A stretch of DNA of 64,000 nucleotides, taken from the NCBI GenBank assembly GCA_046290465.1, contig JBKAGP010000001.1, positions 4,000,001-4,064,000 on the forward strand. The letters run 5' to 3'. This DNA is from Planctomycetota bacterium (GTDB taxonomy: Bacteria > Planctomycetota > UBA1135 > UBA2386). A model generated the notes under the pieces. The model was not told where the DNA came from and made no database searches. It saw only the letters and a list, made by a program, of their open reading frames with translations. The position numbers were made by a program, and so were the translations under genes. Positions 56,361-64,000 of this stretch are shown in pieces; the first letter of the stretch is position 1; each line of letters starts with the position of its first letter.

Positions 56361-58907
56361 CTAGGGCAGCGCGCTGCGGGCGCAGCGGAAGCCGATCTTG
56401 TGCGACTTCATCGCGTGGCCGACGCCGCCCTTGTAGTAGGTGTGCAACTGGGCTTCCGACGCGCGCGCGGTCCAACAGCCGCCGCAGACGAGTCGGGTGA
56501 ACGGCAGGCGCAGCAACTGGCCGTCGTGCCGTTCGACGGTCGGGGTCTCGGTCGCCTCGGCGACGTTGCCGAACAGGTGGAACAGGCGCGCGGGCTGCGT
56601 CGAAGCCAGCTCGGGCGCGCTGCGCACGGGAAGCGTGTAGCGCAGATAGTCCGCCAGCGACGCCTTCAGCGTATTGGGCATCGGGTCCGACGGAGCCGTA
56701 TCACCCCACGGATACGGACGCAGTTCGTTGCCGTTGCGGGCGACCCACAGCCACTCTCCTGCCGTCGGCAGCCGCTTGCCGCGCCACTCCGCATAGGCGC
56801 GCATCGTCTCCCACGACAGGTCGGATACCGGCAGGTCGTCCCTGCCTTCTGGCAACGTGGTCCAATAGCCCGGCAGTTCGGCGCGCGGGTGGACGCGCAG
56901 GTAGGCGCGGTAGTCGCCGTTGGAGACCTCGGCTTCGTCGATCCAGAACGGCGCCACGCTCCAACCTTCGCGCAGATCGCTCGTGTCGGCGGTCGGGTCG
57001 CGGTCGAACCGACCGCCCTGCACGAGCACCATGCCGTCGCGCGAGCCCGGGTCCTGCGACAACGTCAGGTCGATCCCGATCGCAGCGCCGCGACGCAGAC
57101 GCCGCGTCAGTTCGTGCACGTTGCCCGCGCGGTCGCGGATGCGAAACCGGAAGAAGCCGCGGGGCAGGCGCGCGGACGTGATCGGCAGCGCCCCTAGCGG
57201 CTGCTCCTCGTCCGGCTCTCCGGACCGCGCGGCGAGCCGCACGGCCGTCACCTCGCCGGCGACGGCGCTGCCATCGTGCGCACGCACAGCGATCGAGACG
57301 TCGCACAACATCGTCAACAGGCTGGTGTCGACGGACGCGGGAAACAGCGCGGCCTGGCGCACCAGCAGCGTCATCGCTTCGGCCATGCGGTCGAGCTCGA
57401 CCTCGGCGTCGGCCGACTGGCTCCTGGTGTAGTGCTGCCATCTGGTCGCAACGCTGGCGTCCAGGCTGGCCTCGTAGGCTCGCAGGCTGGTCGCCACAGC
57501 CACCCGATCGGCGCGCCCGCGGGGGCCGAGATCCGGCTCGTCCTCGGCCTTCGCCAGCAGCGCACGCAGCGAACGGACGTCGTCGATCGACGCCTGCTGC
57601 AGCCGCGCGATGCTTGCCGCCGGCGGCGCATCGCCGGTATCGCCGAGCACCAGCGTCACGTGGTCGTGCAGGTCCTGCTCGAACTGCTGCAGGCGCGCAC
57701 GTTCGGTGGCATGCCGAGCCCAACCGATCCCGACCGCGGTCCCGACCAGCAACAGCAGCGCTCCGATCCACACGACGCGGTAGCGCTGCGCGAGCCGGCC
57801 GAGACGTTCTTGCAGCCCCGGCGGGCTGGCTTGCACGGCCTCGTGTCGCAGGAAGCGCCGCAGGTCCGCGGCGAACTCGGCGGCATCGGCGTAGCGGCCG
57901 GACGGCGCGCGGTGCATCGCCTTGTGGCAGACGATCGCGAGCTCGCGCGGGATCCGGCGATTGTGGCGACGCAGCGGCTGCGGCTCGCCGCGGCGGATGT
58001 GGGCGAGCAGTTCGATCGACGTCGTGCCGCCGAACGGCCGCTGCGACGACAGCATCTCGTAGAGCACCACACCTGCGGAGTAGACGTCGGTGCGATGGTC
58101 GACGGGGCGTTCGACGAGCCTGGCCTGCTCGGGGCTCATGTACGGCAGCGACCCCATCACCTGGCCTTCCTGCGTCAACGTGCCGAAGGTCACGTCGCGG
58201 GCGATCCCGAAGTCGACGAGGCGCGCCGTTCCTTCGTCGGTCACCAGGATGTTGCTCGGTTTGACGTCGCGGTGCACGACCCCGTGGGTGTGCGCGTGCG
58301 CGAGTGCCTCGGCGACCTCGGCGACGATGCGCACGACAGCGCCGATGTGCTCGGGGTCGTCGGGCGGCGGCAGGATCGCGACGCGGCTGCCGGGCCGACG
58401 ATCGCGGTGGGCGCACAGCTCGCGCTCCAGATCGTGACCGCGCACCAACTCCATCGCAAACCAGTGGGTGCTGCCCTTGCGACCTTCCGCGAGCACCGGA
58501 ACGATGCCGCCGTGGGTCAGGCGGGCGGCGGCGCGCGCCTCGCGATGGAACCGTTCGAGCTGGGTCCGGGTGGTCGTCACGCCCTCGACGAGCACCTTGA
58601 CCGCGACCTCACGTTGCAGCGATGGCTGGAACGCCCGGTAGACGATGCCCATGCTGCCGCGACCGAGCTCCTCGCGAAGTTCGAACTCGCCCAACTGCAG
58701 GCCGGGCCGGGCCTGTGGTTCGAGGTCGGGAGGCTCGAGAAAGCCGTCGTCGGCGTCGCGGTCCTGCGCGAGCAGCTGCTCGACGGCGCGTCGCAGCGAC
58801 GCATGTTCGCCGCATTCGCGATCGAGGAAGGCCTCGCGCTCGTGCTCCGGGAGCTCGACCGCGCGCTCGAACACCGTGCGCACCCGCTGCCACTCGGGGT
58901 CAGTCAT
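56361..58907 (-). CDS. Ser/Thr protein kinase with TM segment and FGE-sulfatase domain
   Basis: MTDPEWQRVRTVFERA; LGRGSMGIVY, HRDVKPSNI, DFG, GSLPYMSPEQ; RLPTAGEW, FGNVAE, GFRCARS. Confidence 0.95.
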   Translation of the reverse strand: MTDPEWQRVRTVFERAVELPEHEREAFLDRECGEHASLRRAVEQLLAQDRDADDGFLEPPDLEPQARPGLQLGEFELREELGRGSMGIVYRAFQPSLQREVAVKVLVEGVTTTRTQLERFHREARAAARLTHGGIVPVLAEGRKGSTHWFAMELVRGHDLERELCAHRDRRPGSRVAILPPPDDPEHIGAVVRIVAEVAEALAHAHTHGVVHRDVKPSNILVTDEGTARLVDFGIARDVTFGTLTQEGQVMGSLPYMSPEQARLVERPVDHRTDVYSAGVVLYEMLSSQRPFGGTTSIELLAHIRRGEPQPLRRHNRRIPRELAIVCHKAMHRAPSGRYADAAEFAADLRRFLRHEAVQASPPGLQERLGRLAQRYRVVWIGALLLLVGTAVGIGWARHATERARLQQFEQDLHDHVTLVLGDTGDAPPAASIARLQQASIDDVRSLRALLAKAEDEPDLGPRGRADRVAVATSLRAYEASLDASVATRWQHYTRSQSADAEVELDRMAEAMTLLVRQAALFPASVDTSLLTMLCDVSIAVRAHDGSAVAGEVTAVRLAARSGEPDEEQPLGALPITSARLPRGFFRFRIRDRAGNVHELTRRLRRGAAIGIDLTLSQDPGSRDGMVLVQGGRFDRDPTADTSDLREGWSVAPFWIDEAEVSNGDYRAYLRVHPRAELPGYWTTLPEGRDDLPVSDLSWETMRAYAEWRGKRLPTAGEWLWVARNGNELRPYPWGDTAPSDPMPNTLKASLADYLRYTLPVRSAPELASTQPARLFHLFGNVAEATETPTVERHDGQLLRLPFTRLVCGGCWTARASEAQLHTYYKGGVGHAMKSHKIGFRCARSALP

Positions 58908-59517
58908 GGCCGAGTTCTGCGTCCCCCTCGACGTGCAGCCGCAAGAACGCGCGCGCCGACCGCAACCGGCGGTAGGCCTGGTGGACCGGGATCTGCAGCT
59001 GGTCGGCGCACTCCTCGACCGAGGCGCCTCCGAGGAATCGCTGCTCGACGAGCGTCGCCGCCACCGCGTCGCGCTCGGCAAGGCGTTGCAGCCCTTCGTG
59101 CAGCGCGAGCACGTCGATCGAGGCCTGTTCGTAGTGGCGAAGCACCGCATCGAGCGGGCCCGGCGGCGTGCGCTTGTGTGCCGCCTTGCGGCGCGCGTGA
59201 TCGACGAGCACCTGCCGCATGGCCTGGGCGCAGACCGCGATCAGGTGCCCACGACTGCGAAACACCGTGCCGGCACCGGAGAGGCGCAGGTATGCCTCGT
59301 GCACCAGGGCAGTCGGCTGCAGCGTGTGGCGGTCGCTCTGTTGGCGCATGTTGCGCTTCGCGATCGCCTTCAGCTCGGCATAGACGAACTGGTAGACCTC
59401 GTCGCGAGCCCGTTCGTCGCCGTCCTGCATGCGCGCGAACAGACCGGCGAACCGGTTGCCGTCGGTCGGATCGGGTGCGTCGGCGCCAGCGTCATGCGGT
59501 CGATCGGGAGCAGGCAT
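58900..59517 (-). CDS. Planctomycete-type ECF sigma factor (TIGR02999-like)
   Basis: VYAELKAIA...HTLQPTALVHEAYLRL...AMRQVLVDHARRKAAHKR; overlaps the kinase start. Confidence 0.95.
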   Translation of the reverse strand: MPAPDRPHDAGADAPDPTDGNRFAGLFARMQDGDERARDEVYQFVYAELKAIAKRNMRQQSDRHTLQPTALVHEAYLRLSGAGTVFRSRGHLIAVCAQAMRQVLVDHARRKAAHKRTPPGPLDAVLRHYEQASIDVLALHEGLQRLAERDAVAATLVEQRFLGGASVEECADQLQIPVHQAYRRLRSARAFLRLHVEGDAELGHD

Positions 59518-59822
59518 GGGGGTTGGATGCGGTGTCCGACATGCCGGACCGTGGGTCGGGGACGGTTGCATGACGGAGGACACGTCAACGGGGCGCGGAT
59601 TTGACGAGGAATTCCGGTCGGGCCGGCCGGAGATCGTGGCCCGTTGGTGCGCACGCTCCGGCAACTCTCCCGAATCAGCCTGCACCATACGGTATGGCAT
59701 ACAGGTGTCCACCTGCCGAGGCGCGGGCGTCGCGGGGGAAGGCCGGCGCGCCCGTTCGCGTCGACCTTGGCGGGTGTCCCGTGACGTGCAGGGGCAGCGG
59801 TGGCAAGCGGCTTCGCCCTGAG

Positions 59823-59876
59823 CATTCGGGCGATCGGGGCCATTCGGACGATCCGGGCCATAGGGGCGATCCGGGT
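59823..59876. repeat. Three imperfect 18-bp tandem repeats in a divergent intergenic region
   Basis: CATTCGGGCGATCGGGGC / CATTCGGACGATCCGGGC / CATAGGGGCGATCCGGGT. Confidence 0.8.
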
Positions 59877-60000
59877 CGAGTCGAAATGGCGCAACATGAA
59901 CCCGGTTCGGTATGCGGTGTTTGGTGTGGGGGAATGGGAACATCGGTGTGCGAGTTCGCTCTGTTGGTGACGTGTTGGCTGCGGCCGGCTATTCGGGCAC

Positions 60001-61815
60001 ATGCTCATCCGCTCTCAAGTCGCGCTCGGCGCGCTCGTCGGGCTGCAGGCAACCTGCCTCTGCCAGTCCCCCAACCTGCACATGACGCCGGCACCGTCGA
60101 TCAGCCAGGTGTCGGCCAACATCGTGTTCTCGCTGAGCAACGCGCCACCGAACGGCCCGTTCACGATCTTCGTCGACCTCGACAGCGGACCGGTCGACCT
60201 GCTCGGCGAACGGTTCTACCTCGGCTTCACCAACTCGTTCGTCGCAGCCCAGTGGGGCCAGACCAATGCCCAGGGCACGGCGTTCCGGTCGTCGTTCGTG
60301 CCGCTGTTCCCGGGTGCGTCCGGACTGGTCATCCACGGCCAGGGCGTGGTGCTCGATCCGGCTGCGCCCAACGGCCTGTTCCGCGTCTCCAACGCCGCCA
60401 GCAGCTGCCTGACGACGACCGGCACGGGACTGATCGTGCAGACGTTCGACGGCTCGGTGATCGGCAGCCTGACCGGCAACTACAGCACCGACGTGCCCGG
60501 CCAGGTGCGCGGCGCGCCGGTGACGACCCGCACGGTCCGGACCGTGCTGCCGGGCACGATCCCGTTCAACCAGGGCATCACGTCGCCGCTCGACCCCGAA
60601 GGCTGCCGCGAGCAGGTCGTCTACCGCGCCAGCGACCTCGGCGCGACCGGCGAGCCGGAGCGCATCCTGGCGATGCGCTGGCGCGCGCAGACCGCGGTGC
60701 AGCCCGAGCTCTACCAGAGCTTCACGATCCGGATGGCCCACACGAGCATCACGCCGGACTACACGGTCGACCCGTTCACCGCGCTGCCGACGCAGCCCAA
60801 CAGCGGTCTGGCCGCGGCGTTCGCCGACAACGAGCAGCTCAGCGACCCGTCGGCGGTGGTCTACTCGGGCAACTACGCGATCGATCCGGCGCACGTGCTG
60901 CCGGGCAACTACATGCCGTATCCGATGGCCGCCACGTTCGACTACGACGGCGTGTCGAGCCTGCTGATCGACTTCCGCGCCGGACCGACCGGCAACGCGC
61001 AGGGTCTCAACGGCATGGCGGTCAACCTCGCGCTCGCGAGCTCGTCGCTGCCGGGCGCCCGCTGCGTCGCGGCCGGCACGCCGACCAACCCGATCAACCC
61101 CAACACGGTCGCCGACGGCCTTCCGGACAACGCGATCCCGGACTTCGAGTTCGTGTTCGCGCGGACCACGTCGACGGCACAATCGGCGTGGATCGTGTCC
61201 AACACGAGCAACCTCGACTACGGCACGCCGGTCGTGGCCAAGACCGAACCGCTCGGCACCTCGATCCAGATCGAGTACCGCGGCGGCGACCAGAACGGCA
61301 ACAACCCGACCGCGTGGTCGAGTTCGCCGGACGTCGCCGACGGCCGGCCGGCGCTGCAGTACCGGATCACGTTCGTGTCCAACCACCTGACCGGCGAACG
61401 GCCGCTGATCGACACGCTCGCCATCCCGGTGTTCTCGACCGGCCAGCGTTCCCGACCGGCCGGAGTTCGAGACCCGGCCAGCGTTGGTGCGCCGGCGCTC
61501 CAGACCGGCCGATGCTCCAGGACCGGCCGGCGCCCTAGGACCGGCCGGCGTCCTTGCCCTGGCCGCGCCGCCACCCGTCGACCGCCACGAAGCGATCCTC
61601 CTCAGCGATCCACGCGGTCAGCCGGCCGCCGTAGACGCAGCCGGTGTCGAGACCGATGCACTGCGGGCGCACCACCAGCCCGCGGCGCGCCCAGTGGCCG
61701 AACACCACCCGCTTGCTGCCGCCGTAGAAGTCGTCCCACGGCCGATACGGCGGCCCCGGCGGCGGCCAGTCCTTGGGTGGCTGCGCGCCGTGCTCGTCGC
61801 AGTAGCGCACGTTGA
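60001..61815 (+). CDS. Secreted protein; convincing coding to about 61435, then a low-complexity tail overlapping the antisense gene
   Basis: Signal peptide; strong GC3 bias up to IDTLAIPVF. Confidence 0.75.
   Translation: MLIRSQVALGALVGLQATCLCQSPNLHMTPAPSISQVSANIVFSLSNAPPNGPFTIFVDLDSGPVDLLGERFYLGFTNSFVAAQWGQTNAQGTAFRSSFVPLFPGASGLVIHGQGVVLDPAAPNGLFRVSNAASSCLTTTGTGLIVQTFDGSVIGSLTGNYSTDVPGQVRGAPVTTRTVRTVLPGTIPFNQGITSPLDPEGCREQVVYRASDLGATGEPERILAMRWRAQTAVQPELYQSFTIRMAHTSITPDYTVDPFTALPTQPNSGLAAAFADNEQLSDPSAVVYSGNYAIDPAHVLPGNYMPYPMAATFDYDGVSSLLIDFRAGPTGNAQGLNGMAVNLALASSSLPGARCVAAGTPTNPINPNTVADGLPDNAIPDFEFVFARTTSTAQSAWIVSNTSNLDYGTPVVAKTEPLGTSIQIEYRGGDQNGNNPTAWSSSPDVADGRPALQYRITFVSNHLTGERPLIDTLAIPVFSTGQRSRPAGVRDPASVGAPALQTGRCSRTGRRPRTGRRPCPGRAATRRPPRSDPPQRSTRSAGRRRRSRCRDRCTAGAPPARGAPSGRTPPACCRRRSRPTADTAAPAAASPWVAARRARRSSAR
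61437..61556. repeat. About 6-7 imperfect 17-18-bp tandem repeats (GACCGGCC...)
   Basis: Units start at 61437, 61454, 61471, 61503, 61521 and 61539. Confidence 0.75.
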
Positions 61816-62179
61816 CGGCGTAGTGCACGTCGTCCGGATCGAGCGCGGCGAGCCGCTGCTCGTCCCACGCCGGATGCAGTCCCGCATGAACGGCGATCAG
61901 GTCGTCGTAGATGCGCACGATCGGCTGCGCGCGCAGCCACGCGAGGTGCCGCCCCTTGGCCTTGCCCTTGGCGAGCCAGTGCAGGTCGTGGTTGCCGAGC
62001 ACCGGGTGCGCATCGAGCTGCATCAACAGATCGAGCACGCCGTCCGAGTCCGGCCCCTTGTTGACGAGGTCTCCGACCGGCACCAGCCGATCGCGACCGA
62101 GCACGAACCCGACCGCGTCGAGCAGCTGCTGCAGCGGGCCGAGGCAGCCCTGGATGTCACCGACGAAGATCCTTCGCAT
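61535..62179 (-). CDS. Metallophosphoesterase, ApaH-like
   Basis: GDIQGC, GDLVNKGPDS, LGNHD, VHAG, VFGHW, GLDTGCVYGGRLTA. Confidence 0.9.
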   Translation of the reverse strand: MRRIFVGDIQGCLGPLQQLLDAVGFVLGRDRLVPVGDLVNKGPDSDGVLDLLMQLDAHPVLGNHDLHWLAKGKAKGRHLAWLRAQPIVRIYDDLIAVHAGLHPAWDEQRLAALDPDDVHYAVNVRYCDEHGAQPPKDWPPPGPPYRPWDDFYGGSKRVVFGHWARRGLVVRPQCIGLDTGCVYGGRLTAWIAEEDRFVAVDGWRRGQGKDAGRS

Positions 62180-62250
62180 GTTGCGCGTTCGCAGGGCATT
62201 GTTCCGCCTGACGTCCGGGGCACAACGCTCGTCCCGGCGCAGTTGCGTTC

Positions 62251-63807
62251 ATGACCCGCCTCGTCCGCGCCGCCACCTCGATCTCCGCGATCACGCTGCT
62301 GTCGCGCATCCTCGGTCTGGTCCGCGACCGACTGATGGCGCAGACGCTCGGCGCGGGCTGGGTGCAGGGCACGTTCTTGCTGGCGTGGACGTTGCCCAAC
62401 CTGATGCGGCGGCTGCTCGGCGAAGGCGCGCTGTCGGCCTCACTGGTGCCACACTACGCCCGGCTGCGCAAGCAGGACGAACCAGCGGCGAAGCGGTTGC
62501 TCGAGGACGTCGCCGGCACGGTCGTGACGATCCTGACGCCGGTCTGCCTGCTGGTCGCGATGGCCAGCCTGGTGGTGCCGTCGTCGTGGCTGCCGGTCCC
62601 GGATGAAGGCGGACCCGAGGCGATCCGGCTGCTGCTGGCGCTCAACGCGATCCTGTTCGTCTACGCGCTGCCGATCTGCCTGGCGGCGGTCGCGACCGGC
62701 GCACTCAACACGATCGGGGTGTTCGCCCTGCCGGCGTCGATCCCGGTCGCACTCAACATCATCTGGATCGCCGCGCTGGTCGCGGCCCGGCCGCTCGGCT
62801 TCGAGGTCGACACCGAGGTCGCGACGTTCGCGGCGTGGAGCCTGATGGTCGGCGGCTTCGTGCAGCTGATGATGGTGCTGCTGCCGCTGTGGAAGCGGCG
62901 CGAGTTCGGGCGGCCGCGACTCGGCCTGCCCAAGCGCGGCACGGCGGCGTTCGCGGTGTTCGCGGCGATGGGACCAACCGTGCTCGGCATGTCGCTCAAC
63001 CAGATCAGCAGCCTGATCGACCAGCTGCTGGCCTACTACCTGATCTCGCCCGGCGCCAACGTCTACGTCTACCTCGCCAACCGCCTGCTGCTGTTTCCGC
63101 ACGCGCTGACCGCGATGGCGGTCGCGGTGGCGGTGTTCCCCAAGCTCGCCAGCGAAGCCGACGACGCCGGCCGCGCCAGGATGCGGCGCACGCTCGACCT
63201 CGCCGCCGCGGCCACCATCCTGGTCACGCTGCCCGCAGCGATGGGCCTGATCCTGCTCGCCGAGGACGTCGTCGAGGTGCTGTTCGTCGGTGGTCGGTTC
63301 GTCGCCGAGGACGTGCCGCCGACGGTGTTGACGACGTCGTGCCTGGTCGCCGGGCTGCCGTTCCTCGGGCTGGCGCAGCTGTATGCGCGGGCCTTCTACG
63401 CGGTCGGCGACACGTCGACGCCGGCGCGCACCGCGGCGCAGCTGGTGGTCGCCAACGTGATGATCAGCGTGACGCTGCTGCTGACCACCGAACTCGGCAC
63501 CGCCGCGCTGACGCTGGCCAGCAGCATCACGTCGTTCGGCAACGCGGCGATCCTGTCGCGCCGGTTCCGCCGCCACGCGCCGCCCGAACACAACCTCGGC
63601 ATGGCCTGGCTGCGCTCGCTGCTGGCGACCGGCGCGATGTGCGCGGTGGTGCCGTTCTGCCGGCTGGTCGACGACGACGCCCCGCTGCTCCAACGGGCGA
63701 CCGGCAACCTGGCGCTGCCGATCGGCGCCGGCATGCTCGCCTACATCGCCGCGCACCTGCTGATGCGCTCGCCGGAGCTGCGGGCGCTGCGCAAGAAGCG
63801 GAGCTAG
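62251..63807 (+). CDS. murJ: Lipid II flippase MurJ (MviN)
   Basis: TLLSRILGLVRD...LPNLMRRLLGEGALSASLVP; ANRL..FP; RAFYAVGDT.TP; multiple TM segments. Confidence 0.95.
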   Translation: MTRLVRAATSISAITLLSRILGLVRDRLMAQTLGAGWVQGTFLLAWTLPNLMRRLLGEGALSASLVPHYARLRKQDEPAAKRLLEDVAGTVVTILTPVCLLVAMASLVVPSSWLPVPDEGGPEAIRLLLALNAILFVYALPICLAAVATGALNTIGVFALPASIPVALNIIWIAALVAARPLGFEVDTEVATFAAWSLMVGGFVQLMMVLLPLWKRREFGRPRLGLPKRGTAAFAVFAAMGPTVLGMSLNQISSLIDQLLAYYLISPGANVYVYLANRLLLFPHALTAMAVAVAVFPKLASEADDAGRARMRRTLDLAAAATILVTLPAAMGLILLAEDVVEVLFVGGRFVAEDVPPTVLTTSCLVAGLPFLGLAQLYARAFYAVGDTSTPARTAAQLVVANVMISVTLLLTTELGTAALTLASSITSFGNAAILSRRFRRHAPPEHNLGMAWLRSLLATGAMCAVVPFCRLVDDDAPLLQRATGNLALPIGAGMLAYIAAHLLMRSPELRALRKKRS

Positions 63808-63879
63808 CCGGGTTCGGGCTGGTGAACCGGCCAGGGGCCGCGGCTAGACTGCGCCGGGCCGCCCGCCCGACCGCCGCCC

Positions 63880-64000
63880 GTGCCTTTGCCCTCCTCAGAC
63901 CCGCCGTCGCCGCCCCAGGACGACTCCGCGCGCACGAAATACAGCGTCGTCATCCCGGTGTTCAACAGCGAGGCGATCGTCGGCGACACCATCGACCGCA
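63880..64000 (+). CDS. Glycosyltransferase family 2, N-terminal fragment
   Basis: Manual translation ...KYSVVIPVFNSEAIVGDTIDR (SVVIPxxN motif); start codon uncertain. Confidence 0.8.
   Translation, partial: MPLPSSDPPSPPQDDSARTKYSVVIPVFNSEAIVGDTIDR

Noticed and set aside
53200..60000. Terminal att core closing the last unit
   Set aside because: No further core copy was found by eye, so the right boundary of the array is undetermined.
54604..63756. Long alternative-frame ORFs (54604-56001, 57276-59573, 59601-61538, 59989-61386, 62440-63756)
   Set aside because: Arg/Ala/Gly-rich shadows of well-supported genes, typical of high-GC DNA.
63804..63992. Minus-strand 62-aa ORF
   Set aside because: The opposite strand encodes a clear GT2 N-terminus.

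Overview
High-GC bacterial DNA, most consistent with a planctomycete (inferred from the planctomycete-type ECF sigma factors next to Ser/Thr kinase-FGE fusions and the ELWxxDGT and DUF1573-like secreted proteins). About 1-53.2 kb is accessory DNA organised as a tandem array of units. The units are separated by copies of a 23-bp tRNA 3'-end core (TTCGAGTCCTGCAGGGCCTACCA at 11787, 33493, 45538, and degenerate at 53017), flanked by conserved arm repeats (GAGTGTGCAAC, CTCGGTCACA, and TGGCAC at about 10-bp spacing). Only one unit (11787-33515, about 21.7 kb) encodes an integrase, and it has different arm repeats. It also carries an excisionase-like HTH, a gene II/X-like Rep, HU, an XRE regulator, a second tyrosine recombinase, three 21-23-bp palindromes and dense candidate anti-phage cargo (AlbA_2, KAP NTPase, C39-like peptidase, Zn-ribbon PD-(D/E)XK protein, SIR2-STAND, DUF4062, DUF2441-like). 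The other units have no integrase and carry signalling or secreted-protein cargo, TA modules and IS debris, including many co-oriented ends of an integrase-core (rve) transposase element. The right end (apaH-like, murJ, GT2) looks like core chromosome. No complete tRNA, rRNA or CRISPR array was seen. All family assignments come from motif recognition by eye, not database searches.
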